From positions 5,002-69,001 of the forward strand of contig CAYSZZ010000015.1 in assembly GCA_964435735.1 (NCBI GenBank): a stretch of DNA of 64,000 nt, given 5' to 3'. Under the pieces are notes generated by a model, which was not told where the DNA came from, did not search any database, and saw nothing but the letters and a program-made list of their open reading frames with translations. Positions 37,932 to 49,177 of the stretch are shown one piece after another. Source of the DNA: an uncultured Propionibacteriaceae bacterium. GTDB taxonomy: Bacteria > Actinomycetota > Actinomycetes > Propionibacteriales > Propionibacteriaceae. Each line of letters begins with the position of its first letter. Within the stretch, counting starts at the first letter, position 1. The position numbers and the translations under genes are program-made.

Positions 37932-40241
37932 TCACCCGGGCCGTTCGGTGGTGACCTCCAGTCCGCTGACGGTCGGGACCACCGCGAGCGACCCCTGGGT
38001 ATCGGTGCGGAAGACCGTGGATCCGGCCCGTGCGAGTTCGCGCAGCGCGACGGCGGACGGATGGCCGTAGGTATTCTCCCCGACCCCGATCAGCGCGACC
38101 GGGGCGGCCACCGCGGCGAACAGTTCGGCGGTCTGGCGGGCCGAGCCGTGGTGAGGGACGATCAGGACGTCGGCGGCCAGTGGCGTCGGCGCCCGCAGGA
38201 CGGCGGCCTGGCCGGCGAGTTCGATGTCGCCGGTGGCGACCACGACCGTCCGGCCGGTCTCGATCCGGCTGACCACCGACCCGTCGTTCTCCGCGCTGGA
38301 CTCCTCCTGGTCGGCACCCGGGGAGCCCGCGAGCGGCAGTGCGGACAGCACGGTGACCTGAGCCCCACCGACCCGCAGCACCATGCCGGGGACGGCCGCG
38401 ATCGCCTCGGTCCGCGGCAGCACCTCCGCCACCTGCCCGGCGCCGGGGTGGCCGGTCGGCGCGAGCACGGCATCCACCTCGCGTCCGGCCAGGGCGGCCA
38501 GGCCACCGGCGTGGTCGGCGTGGAAGTGGGTGAGGATCAGCAGGGGCACCCGTTGGATGCCGAGCACGTTCAGGCAGCGATCCAGCGCCGGCGGGTCCGG
38601 TCCGGTGTCGATCACGATCGCCTCGCCGGAGCCGACCGCGACCACGGTGGCCGAGCCCTGGCCGACATCGCACTGGACGACCTCCCACCCGGCCGGTGGC
38701 CAGCCCGGCGCCGAGACCGGACGCAGCAGGGCCGCGATCAGCACCAGCGCCACCGCGAGTGCCAGCCAACGCCGCCGTAGCAGGCGTCCGCCCAGCAGGA
38801 AGGCCGCCGCGCTCAGCCCGATCAGCACGGCGATCCCCACCGGGGTCGCCGGCCAGGGGATCGCCGCCGCCGGCAGCGCCGCACCGAGGTTGGCGATCCA
38901 GCACAGCGCCTGGGCTCCCCATCCGGCCGGCCACGCCAGGACGACGGCGGCTGCCGGCAACAGCGGCCCGATCGCCGCGCACGCGAACCCGAGAATGGTG
39001 GTGGGTCCGACCAGCGGCCCGGCCGCCAGATTCGCCAGCACGCCCACCAGGCTGAGCTGGCCCGAGATCGCGACGATGATCGGCTGGGTGGCCAACTGCG
39101 CGGTGACCGGGACGGCGATCGCCTCGGCCAGACCGCGGGGAAGCCAGCCGCCCAGGGCATCGGTCCAGGCGCGCGCCCAGCAGATGATCCCGGCCGAGGC
39201 TGAGACCGAGAGCGCGAACCCCACCGAAGCGGCCAGCCACGGATCGAGCAGCAGCAACCCGATCACCGCCCAGGACAACTGGCGCAGTCCACGCTGCCGC
39301 CCACCGAAGCCCAACGCGGCCAGGCCTACGCTGCCCATGGCGGCCGCCCGCACCACGCTCGGTTCGCCGTGGCAGAGCACCACGAAGCCGGCCACTCCCA
39401 CCACCGCCAGGCCCCGCAGCCACCAGCCGCGCACCCCGAGCCGGCCCGCCAACCACAGCAGAGCCGCCAGCAGCAGGGTCAGGTTGCTCCCGGAGACGGC
39501 CGCCAGGTGGGCCAGGCCGGTCACCCGGAATCGATCCCAGAGCTCGGCGGACATCGCGCTGGTATCCCCCACCACCAGCGCGGGGACGACGGCGCGCGGC
39601 TCGTCGGCCAGGCCCGCGACCGATTCGTGCAGCACCGAGCGAACCCGGTGCACTCCGGCGTCCAGCCAGCCCGGCGGCGCCACCAGCACCGGCGGCTCCC
39701 GCGCCCGCGCGGTCGCCGCGTAGGCCTCGCCCGGGTCGGCCGGGGCCAGCCGCAGGATCGTCTCCACCTCGCTGCCGGGGACGACGATCGCCCAGGCGGT
39801 CACCGCCTCGCCGCTGACCCGCAGCAGGACGGGCTGTCCGGTCAGCCAGTGCTGGCCCCGCCCGGCGACCTGATCGAGCCGGGCGGGAACGAACCAGGTC
39901 GGTCCACCGAATCCCGAGGCCGCCAATCGCCCCGGTCCGACCCGCAGGGTGGCGGCCACCACGGCACCGTCGTCGGCCAACTCCGCCATCGGTCCACCGT
40001 GCAGGGTCGCCGACCGCCCACCGCTCACCATCAGGCACACCAGCAGCACGGCGCCGCAGCCGAAGGCCAGCCGACGTCTCGTCCACCAGCCCCAACCCAG
40101 CGCAGCGCCGCCCAGGCCAACCGCCAGCCACCACCACCGCTGGTCACCCGCGATCCCGGGCCAGGTGCCGGCCCAGGCCGCCACGGCGAGCAACGGCCCG
40201 CGATGGTCGAACCGCTCCGCCCCCGGGTCAGAGCCGGACAA
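37932..40241 (-). CDS. comEC: ComEC/Rec2 competence protein with MBL domain
   Basis: GLAHLAAVSGSN, PSVVRAA, DVGQG, THFHADH, ATGDIE, VPHHGS. Confidence 0.92.
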   Translation of the reverse strand: MSGSDPGAERFDHRGPLLAVAAWAGTWPGIAGDQRWWWLAVGLGGAALGWGWWTRRRLAFGCGAVLLVCLMVSGGRSATLHGGPMAELADDGAVVAATLRVGPGRLAASGFGGPTWFVPARLDQVAGRGQHWLTGQPVLLRVSGEAVTAWAIVVPGSEVETILRLAPADPGEAYAATARAREPPVLVAPPGWLDAGVHRVRSVLHESVAGLADEPRAVVPALVVGDTSAMSAELWDRFRVTGLAHLAAVSGSNLTLLLAALLWLAGRLGVRGWWLRGLAVVGVAGFVVLCHGEPSVVRAAAMGSVGLAALGFGGRQRGLRQLSWAVIGLLLLDPWLAASVGFALSVSASAGIICWARAWTDALGGWLPRGLAEAIAVPVTAQLATQPIIVAISGQLSLVGVLANLAAGPLVGPTTILGFACAAIGPLLPAAAVVLAWPAGWGAQALCWIANLGAALPAAAIPWPATPVGIAVLIGLSAAAFLLGGRLLRRRWLALAVALVLIAALLRPVSAPGWPPAGWEVVQCDVGQGSATVVAVGSGEAIVIDTGPDPPALDRCLNVLGIQRVPLLILTHFHADHAGGLAALAGREVDAVLAPTGHPGAGQVAEVLPRTEAIAAVPGMVLRVGGAQVTVLSALPLAGSPGADQEESSAENDGSVVSRIETGRTVVVATGDIELAGQAAVLRAPTPLAADVLIVPHHGSARQTAELFAAVAAPVALIGVGENTYGHPSAVALRELARAGSTVFRTDTQGSLAVVPTVSGLEVTTERPG

Positions 40242-41046
40242 GGTCCGCCAGCTGTGAATAGGTTTTGGGCCCGATCCCGTCCACCTCTTGCAGTTCCTCG
40301 ATCCGGCTGAACCTGCCGTGCTCCTCCCGCCAGGCGACGATCCTGCCGGCCGTCACCGGCCCGACCCCGGGCAGGGTCTCCAGTTCGGCCTGGGAGGCGC
40401 TGTTCAGCGACAGCTTCTGGCCCCCGCCCCCGCTACCACCATCCCGGCCTCCGCCACCGTCGGCGCGAACCTCGCCGCGGGGCTTCTTGACGTCGCCGAT
40501 CACCAACTGCGTACCGTCGGAGAGCACTGCGGCAAGGTTCAGCTCACCCGGGTCGGCATTCTCGGCCAGCCCGCCGGCGGCCTCGATCGCGTCCCTAACC
40601 CGTGAGCCCTCGGGCAGTTCGACCACACCGGGACGCTCGACCGCACCCAGCACGTGCACCAGGATCGAGGCCGGCACGGTGGGCGTCGGGGTCGGGCTGG
40701 ACACGACCGTGGGTTCGGCCGACACCGGCCTCTCTACTGGCGTAGAGCGCGCCTGCAGCACGCTGTACCCCGCCCACAGGCAACCCGTCAGCAGCACGAT
40801 CCCGACGGCCACCAGGTGGCGGCGGGTGAACTCCCAGGCGGTGCGGCTCCAGACGGCCATCGCCTCGCGACGGCCCGGCGCGACGACGCTCGTCGCCGGC
40901 CCCTGGTCGAGCCCGGCTTCGTCGAATTCGGTGTCCGCCGGCGGCGGGCCGATCGCCCGCCGGGCAGGGACCTCGTCCAGCAGCGCAGCCAGGCGCTGCC
41001 GGACCACTTCACTGAGCACCGGCTCCGGTGCGGGACCACGCGGCAT
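40228..41046 (-). CDS. comEA: ComEA DNA receptor (SLBB + HhH)
   Basis: VHVLGAVERPGVVEL..GSRV.DAI.AAGG, LNSASQAELETLPGVGP, EVDGIGPK. Confidence 0.92.
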   Translation of the reverse strand: MPRGPAPEPVLSEVVRQRLAALLDEVPARRAIGPPPADTEFDEAGLDQGPATSVVAPGRREAMAVWSRTAWEFTRRHLVAVGIVLLTGCLWAGYSVLQARSTPVERPVSAEPTVVSSPTPTPTVPASILVHVLGAVERPGVVELPEGSRVRDAIEAAGGLAENADPGELNLAAVLSDGTQLVIGDVKKPRGEVRADGGGGRDGGSGGGGQKLSLNSASQAELETLPGVGPVTAGRIVAWREEHGRFSRIEELQEVDGIGPKTYSQLADLVRL

Positions 41047-41184
41047 GCCCGGCCACTATGGTCAGGCGACCACCGAATGTGCCTCCGGATCGCGCCGGCT
41101 GTGGACAACTCCGCCTCCAGGTTCGTTGTCCACAGCCCAGTCCGGGTAGCGTGGTGTCGTTACCCGATCCGGAAGAGGACCCCG

Positions 41185-41484
41185 ATGGCGATCACTCTCG
41201 AGACAGTTGGCGCGAACGCCAAGAAGCAGCATGGCGGTTGTGGTTGCGGTTGCTCCGGCGGCACCCCCGAGTTGGTGCTCAGCTCGATCCCGAAGATCAT
41301 GCGCAGCGGCGCGGTGATCGGCGGACTGACCAGCCTGCGCTCCGAGCAGCAGGTGGTCCTGGTCGCCGACCACTCACCCGCACCGCTGCTGTCCGCCCTG
41401 GAGCGGGTGGCTCCGGACAGCTTCGACATCGCCTTCCTGGAGGAAGGCCCCGAGACCTGGCGGGTGCAGGTCACCCGCCGCTGA
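41185..41484 (+). CDS. DUF2249-like protein with N-terminal HGGCGCGC motif
   Basis: 99 aa; IPKIMRSGAV, DHSPAPLL, YLEEGPE-like FLEEGPETWRV; GAGGA RBS. Confidence 0.75.
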   Translation: MAITLETVGANAKKQHGGCGCGCSGGTPELVLSSIPKIMRSGAVIGGLTSLRSEQQVVLVADHSPAPLLSALERVAPDSFDIAFLEEGPETWRVQVTRR

Positions 41485-41502
41485 GCGGCGCAGCACAGCA
41501 AC

Positions 41503-41555
41503 GATCCCTGAGGTTCCGGCTACCGATGGACGACCCTTCGACGGGCTCAGGGATC
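41503..41555. repeat. REP-like hairpin between convergent genes
   Basis: GATCCCTGAG (41503-41512) / CTCAGGGATC (41546-41555); the right part CCCTTCGACGGGCTCAGGGA resembles a repeat I recall as common in actinobacterial intergenic regions. Confidence 0.55.
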
Positions 41556-41563
41556 CTCCCGCC

Positions 41564-44035
<2,472 letters not shown>

Positions 44036-44071
44036 TTTCTTCTCCTCGTTGTGGGCTGGCCTACTGGCATG

Positions 44072-44107
44072 AAAAAGCCCCCTCGGGCCTTGGGCTCGTC
44101 AGGGGGC
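44072..44107 (-). terminator. Attenuator terminator in the leuS leader
   Basis: Minus strand GCCCCCT...AGGGGGC stem followed by TTTTT, 36 nt before the leuS GTG. Confidence 0.85.
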
Positions 44108-44134
44108 GCCGCGACTCGGGATCGAGAGTCGCGG

Positions 44135-44164
44135 CTATCGAAGCAGCAGGACGGCGTAGCGCAT
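44135..44164 (-). CDS. leuS leader peptide MRYAVLLLR*
   Basis: ATG CGC TAC GCC GTC CTG CTG CTT CGA TAG; TATGAT -10 six nt upstream; followed by a 10-bp hairpin (44108-44135) and the terminator. Confidence 0.8.
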   Translation of the reverse strand: MRYAVLLLR

Positions 44165-44374
44165 ACCGAAATCATAGGGCATCGCCCTCGGCGGCCACCA
44201 CGCCGGACTCGGCTGCGCCCCCGCCCGGCGGCGCAGCCCGCCCGAGTGACGGGCCGTCCGCGGGGCTCACCCGCTCCGCGAACCGGCCGGCGGCGAGCCG
44301 CCCCGGGGTCGAGGGTGATCGGGGGCCTGGTCCGCCGGCGCCGTCCCGGGGTCAGGATCGCCGGGCCCACCGGC

Positions 44375-45367
44375 CTATGCGCTCGGACCCAGCACCGCCC
44401 GCCGCACCTCCGGACTGGCGCCGGACAGCAGCTCGGGACGCAGTTCCTCCCACTGGGTCGGTGGGGTGACGGCGTCCACCAGCTGGTCCAGGGTGCGCAG
44501 CAGTCCGTTCGGCGGCAGCAACCGGGTCGCCCGCTCCAGGCAGATCGACACCAGGGCGCCGTCGCCGGCGATCCAGGCAGCCATCCCCAGCAACGTCAGC
44601 GGATGGCCCTGATGGACGGCCAGAGTCCGGTTCACCACCCGCCGCCAGAGATCGATCTGCTGGTCCGCCCGCTCTCGTGACATCGAGAGCAGGGCCACGT
44701 CCCGGGCCGGCGGGTGGGTGGTCAGGATGGCCAAGCGGGCCGCATCGCCGTCGTCGAGGCCGCCGGTGGCATCGAAGCCTGCCAGGGCAGCGCCCATCAA
44801 CTGGGCCCATCGGCTGATCGGTTCGCCCGCAACCTCTGCTCCGACCCGCTGGGCGACCGCCACCAACGCACCGGTGTCAGCGGCCGGCGGACCGTCCACC
44901 AGTGCGGCCAGTTCGTCCCGGGAGCGCCGAGCGACCAGGCCGTGCATCGCCGCTTCGGCTGCGGCCCGGCTGCATCCGGGATCGTGCACTCCCCGGGGCC
45001 CCGCCAGGCCGTCGGCCTGCCAGGTCTGTCCGTCCACCGCGACCAGGCGACGGGCCGATCCGGCCGGCAGGAAGGCGTCGCAGCGCCGCAACACCGCCCA
45101 GGCATACTCGCGGTGGGCGGTGTAGGCCACGAACCAGGCGTCCGCGGTCGGGAACCGGCACCAGATCCTGGTGAGCACGCCCTCCACCCCGTCAGGCCAG
45201 GCGGCGTCCGCCAGATCGAGGCGTGCGGTCAGCGAGAGCTCGCCGCCGTTGATCACCAGCACCACGAGCGACTCCTCGGGGTGGAAGCCGAGCAGGTGAG
45301 GGATCAGCCCGAGCGCATCGTCGTAGTTCTGCAGCCGCAGCCGCGGCCGTTGATCGTTCACTGTCAT
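44375..45367 (-). CDS. DUF4192-family protein
   Basis: LGLIPHLLGFHPEESLVVL, LTARLDL, ARDVA, AWIAGDGALVSICLERA. Confidence 0.8.
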   Translation of the reverse strand: MTVNDQRPRLRLQNYDDALGLIPHLLGFHPEESLVVLVINGGELSLTARLDLADAAWPDGVEGVLTRIWCRFPTADAWFVAYTAHREYAWAVLRRCDAFLPAGSARRLVAVDGQTWQADGLAGPRGVHDPGCSRAAAEAAMHGLVARRSRDELAALVDGPPAADTGALVAVAQRVGAEVAGEPISRWAQLMGAALAGFDATGGLDDGDAARLAILTTHPPARDVALLSMSRERADQQIDLWRRVVNRTLAVHQGHPLTLLGMAAWIAGDGALVSICLERATRLLPPNGLLRTLDQLVDAVTPPTQWEELRPELLSGASPEVRRAVLGPSA

Positions 45368-45476
45368 GCCCGGGCACTGTGGTCACCGGGCCAGGAGCCG
45401 AGCCACTTGTCCACAGCCCTGGGCACACCACTCACCAGCGAGCGGCGGTATCCACACCCTAGTAGCCTGGGTGCCG

Positions 45477-46037
45477 ATGACCCAGCCGCACCAGCCGTTC
45501 GACCCGACCCGTCCGATGGGTCCCGGGCGTCCCGCAGCCACCCACATCGAGCAGTTCACGCCGCCGCGCTCACCGTTGCCGTGGCTGATCATGGTGGGCG
45601 CGGTGGTCATCGCCGCCCTGATCCTGTTCACCGCGACCCTCTCCAACCGGCCCTCGGCGCCGTCGGCCTCCCCCAGCCCTTCGACAACGTCCGCCCCTGC
45701 CAAGCCGGGCCATCCCTTCGTCTCGCCGGACGGCGGGGTTGAGGGACGCTGGGAGGTGGTCGAGTCCCGGTGGAACGACGAAGGGGTCGAGATCAATCTT
45801 CGGCTGGCGGTCGACAAGGGCACCCTGTGGTACACCTTCATGGCCTTCAGCAATGACGCCGTCGAGGTGCTGGAGCCGGGCCCGGCGATGTCCTCACCCG
45901 CGCTGGGCTGGGAGCCCATCGAAGCCGGCCAGGAGCGCACCGGCTGGATCTTCTTCCCCACCTACCGCGCCGACCTGACCCTGCTGCTGGCCACCGAACT
46001 CGGACGCCAGATCTCCGCCCTGCTCATCCCCTCCTGA
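45477..46037 (+). CDS. Hypothetical single-TM protein with extracellular beta domain
   Basis: TM PWLIMVGAVVIAALILF, Ser/Pro linker, GQERTGWIFF; start reassigned to ATG 45477. Confidence 0.7.
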   Translation: MTQPHQPFDPTRPMGPGRPAATHIEQFTPPRSPLPWLIMVGAVVIAALILFTATLSNRPSAPSASPSPSTTSAPAKPGHPFVSPDGGVEGRWEVVESRWNDEGVEINLRLAVDKGTLWYTFMAFSNDAVEVLEPGPAMSSPALGWEPIEAGQERTGWIFFPTYRADLTLLLATELGRQISALLIPS

Positions 46038-46045
46038 GGACGCCG

Positions 46046-47347
46046 ATGACGAACAGACTGCGGATCGGCATCCTCAGCGACGACTTCTATCCGCACTCGG
46101 GAGGCGTATCCCGCTCCATCCAGCAACAGATCGACCATCTGGTCGCCGCCGGCCACGAGGTGACCCTGTTCGCCCCGCAATGGGAGTTCGAGCCACCCAC
46201 GAACTGCCGCTGGGAGGCCCTGCCCCAGTGGCGCTTCCCCGGAACGCCGAGCTACCTCTGTTCCCTGGCCGCCACGCCCAGGATCGCCGCCCGGATCGTC
46301 GCCGAGCACGATCTCGACCTGGTCCACTCCCAGAACGAGCGGGGATCACTTCACCTGGCCGCGCTAGTCGCCCAGCAGGCGGCCATCCCGCAGGTGCACA
46401 CCTTCCACTCCAACTACGTCGGCACCCATCGCACCAATGCCGGCAGCGCCGGGCTCAACTCGTTCACCTATCTACCGCTGGCCCCGCGGCTGCTCGCACT
46501 CGCCGGCGGGCGCCCGGACGTCGCCGTCCGGCGGCCGGTCTCCGAGACTGCGGGCGAGGATTCACGGTACGCCCGCCGGGACTGGCGCAACCTCGCCCGG
46601 ATCGCCGCCGGGGTGGACGCCTTCACCTCACCGGCCGGCTTCATGATCGACTGCATCACCGATGCGGCCCCGGAACTGGCCGGACGCGGGTACGTCGCCC
46701 CCAGCGGAATCGACCCGCTGTTCGCCGCCGCGCGGCGCCACCGGCCGGACGACGGACGCGTCCGCATCGTGACCTGCAGCCGGCTGGGCTCGGAGAAGCG
46801 GGTCGATGCCCTGGTCCGCGCCGTCGCCGAACTCAACCGTCCCGACCTCGAACTGGTGATCATCGGGACCGGGCCGGCCGAGCCCACTCTGCGCCGCCTT
46901 GCCGAGCCGATCCCGGCCGACCGGGTGCGCTTCCTGGGACGGCTCGATGCCGCCGAGGTGGCCGCCCAGATGGCGGATGCCGACATCTACGCGCTGGCGT
47001 CGTACCACTTCGACACCCAGGGCATGGTGCTGGCCGAGGCCGCCGCGGCCGGCGCGCCGATCCTCTACTGCGACGAGCGGCTCCAGGTCGGCGTCGGTCC
47101 GGATAATGCGCTGCTCACCGGGCCCTCCGTCTCCGAACTGGCGTCCGGCCTGGCCACGCTGGCGGACGATCCGGAGCGCCGCCTGGCCATGGGCCGGGCC
47201 TCCCGGGAGATCGGCGGGCGAATCACCGGCACAGCGATGGCCCAGACCTACCTGACGATCTACCGTGAGGCGATCGAGCGGGTCAATGGTCGGTCATCGA
47301 CTCCGGATGATACTTCGAGAGCACCACGACGCCGCCGATCGCGATAG
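46046..47347 (+). CDS. GT4-family glycosyltransferase (glycolipid synthase-like)
   Basis: SDDFYPHSGGVSRS, HTFH, SRLGSEKRVD, DTQGMVLAEA. Confidence 0.85.
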   Translation: MTNRLRIGILSDDFYPHSGGVSRSIQQQIDHLVAAGHEVTLFAPQWEFEPPTNCRWEALPQWRFPGTPSYLCSLAATPRIAARIVAEHDLDLVHSQNERGSLHLAALVAQQAAIPQVHTFHSNYVGTHRTNAGSAGLNSFTYLPLAPRLLALAGGRPDVAVRRPVSETAGEDSRYARRDWRNLARIAAGVDAFTSPAGFMIDCITDAAPELAGRGYVAPSGIDPLFAAARRHRPDDGRVRIVTCSRLGSEKRVDALVRAVAELNRPDLELVIIGTGPAEPTLRRLAEPIPADRVRFLGRLDAAEVAAQMADADIYALASYHFDTQGMVLAEAAAAGAPILYCDERLQVGVGPDNALLTGPSVSELASGLATLADDPERRLAMGRASREIGGRITGTAMAQTYLTIYREAIERVNGRSSTPDDTSRAPRRRRSR

Positions 47348-48206
47348 CGCCGGCCACCAGCATCCCGACCGCGTCCGGCACACCGACCAGGGCGCCCTCG
47401 CCCAGCACGACCAGCCCGAAGGTGACCGCGACGATCGGGTCGGTTGTGGTCATCGAACCCACCACGATCTCGGCCGGCCCGTTGGCGTAGGCCTGCTGAA
47501 TCATGAAACCGCCGCCCAGGTAGCAGACGGCGAGGAACGCTGCCACCGCCCAGAACAGCGGGGTCTCCCAGAACTGCGGCCCTCCGACCAGGTGACTCAT
47601 CACCTTGACCAGCGCCGAGGAGAGACCGTAGAAGAAGGACCCGCCCGAGGCCCAGAGCAGGCAGCGCAACGAGTGCTTGCCCAGCAGCCCGCCCACGCCC
47701 AGCGCGGCACCGATCACCAGCATCACCCCGGAGCCGGCCACGATCCCCAACGGTGGCAACTCGGTCTGGGACACCGCCGTCCGGGTGGAGACCAGGGTGA
47801 AGCCGACGATGCCCACCACGGTCACCCCGACCGCGATCCAGACGGCTCGCGGCGGGCGGAAGTGGTGGATCTTCGCCGCCAACAGCACTGCCCAGGGCAC
47901 CGCCAGGATGCCGACCGGCTGCACCACCGTGACCGGTGCCATCATCAGCGCGATGATGTGGCCGGTGGCGCCGACCGCGGCGGTCGCCAGGCCGAGCAGC
48001 CAGCGCGGGTTCTTGAGCAGGCCCAGCACCTGCCCCACGCCCATGTGGCGTTCCTTGCTGCTGGTGTCCACCTCGCGCCCGACGGCGAGATGCTGGATGG
48101 TCGCCGAGGTCGCGAACAGCACCGACGAGATGACCATGATCACCAGCGCCAGCGGTATGTTCTGCGGCAGCAGAGGCGACCCCGGGATGGCAAGGGGGAT
48201 CAACAC
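47283..48206 (-). CDS. DMT-superfamily (NIPA-like) membrane transporter
   Basis: About nine TMs; QHLAV, NPRWLLG, APVTVVQPVG, QQAYANG, DPIVAV. Confidence 0.75.
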   Translation of the reverse strand: MLIPLAIPGSPLLPQNIPLALVIMVISSVLFATSATIQHLAVGREVDTSSKERHMGVGQVLGLLKNPRWLLGLATAAVGATGHIIALMMAPVTVVQPVGILAVPWAVLLAAKIHHFRPPRAVWIAVGVTVVGIVGFTLVSTRTAVSQTELPPLGIVAGSGVMLVIGAALGVGGLLGKHSLRCLLWASGGSFFYGLSSALVKVMSHLVGGPQFWETPLFWAVAAFLAVCYLGGGFMIQQAYANGPAEIVVGSMTTTDPIVAVTFGLVVLGEGALVGVPDAVGMLVAGAIAIGGVVVLSKYHPESMTDH

Positions 48207-48263
48207 GGTGGCCAGCCTAGGGCATGGCTCTGCCCACCGGGGACGCCACCGACCGACGTGGTG

Positions 48264-49145
48264 TCACCGTCGATGACGGCCCGCGGGGGACTCGCCCGAG
48301 AACCGCACCGCAGCCCTCACCTGCGCGGCCAGGTTGCTGCCCAGGCTCAGCGGCCAGCGGTGCATCACGTAGTCGGTGGCATCGTCGACCCGCAGTTGCC
48401 GGGTGGAGTTGCCGGTGCGCACGCACAGTTCGGGGGCGGCCCCCTTGGCCCGCAGATAGACCGGACGCGGCGAGGCTGCGCAGTCCAGTCGGCAGACCTG
48501 GGCTTCGCCGGCGTCTCCCGGCACCGTGGCGAAGTCGATGGCCACCAGGTTGGCCGCGTTGGCGCCCATCGTGGTGGAAAGCAGATCCCGCAGCCACAGT
48601 TCGAACCGGTCGGCATCCGGGGACTTCAGGGTGGCGAAGTCGGGTTCCAGGCCGAGCACGCTGCCGCTGTCGTCCACCCCGATCAGCAAGGTGCCGCCAT
48701 CGGTGTTCAGGAAGCCGCAGACCGCCTTGGCGATGACCTGCTCCATCCGCTCGTCCTTGGCGCCGGTCCGCAGGTTCACCCGGGCGGTCGACTTGAACTC
48801 CAGCCGGTCGGACTCCCCCAGCGCCAGCAGCTCCGGGACGGAAGCGCGCACCGGCCGCTGCACGTACGCCGCCACCGCGCCATAGGCCGCGATCGCTGCC
48901 ACCGAGAAGCCCAGGCAGATCAGGATGGTCAGCGGACTGAACACCCGGGCGTCCGGACGGAGCCAGCCGGTCACCAGCAGGCCGAGTGAGGTCGCCAGGA
49001 CGGCCACGACGATCGCGGTCGCCGTACCGATCTGGGCACGGCCGCGCAACAGCAGACGAGCGATCGAGGCGAACACCCAGGCGATCAGCAGATCCAGCGG
49101 CAGGACGAGCGCGATCGTCCACAACGGCACATCAGGCAACGACAC
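48264..49145 (-). CDS. Membrane-anchored AlbA_2/Schlafen-domain protein (3 TM + Schlafen core)
   Basis: GESDRLEFKST, AVCGFLNTDGGTLLIGVDD, VRTGNSTR; three N-terminal hydrophobic helices; CAGGCT-N6-GTG. Confidence 0.8.
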   Translation of the reverse strand: MSLPDVPLWTIALVLPLDLLIAWVFASIARLLLRGRAQIGTATAIVVAVLATSLGLLVTGWLRPDARVFSPLTILICLGFSVAAIAAYGAVAAYVQRPVRASVPELLALGESDRLEFKSTARVNLRTGAKDERMEQVIAKAVCGFLNTDGGTLLIGVDDSGSVLGLEPDFATLKSPDADRFELWLRDLLSTTMGANAANLVAIDFATVPGDAGEAQVCRLDCAASPRPVYLRAKGAAPELCVRTGNSTRQLRVDDATDYVMHRWPLSLGSNLAAQVRAAVRFSGESPAGRHRR

Positions 49146-49177
49146 AGCGCCAGCCTGCCATCAAAGGCACGGGCCGG

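Noticed and set aside
44036-44375. T-box riboswitch upstream of leuS
   Set aside because: No T-box consensus (AAGGTGGTACC-like) or specifier stem found; the leader-peptide attenuator explains the region.
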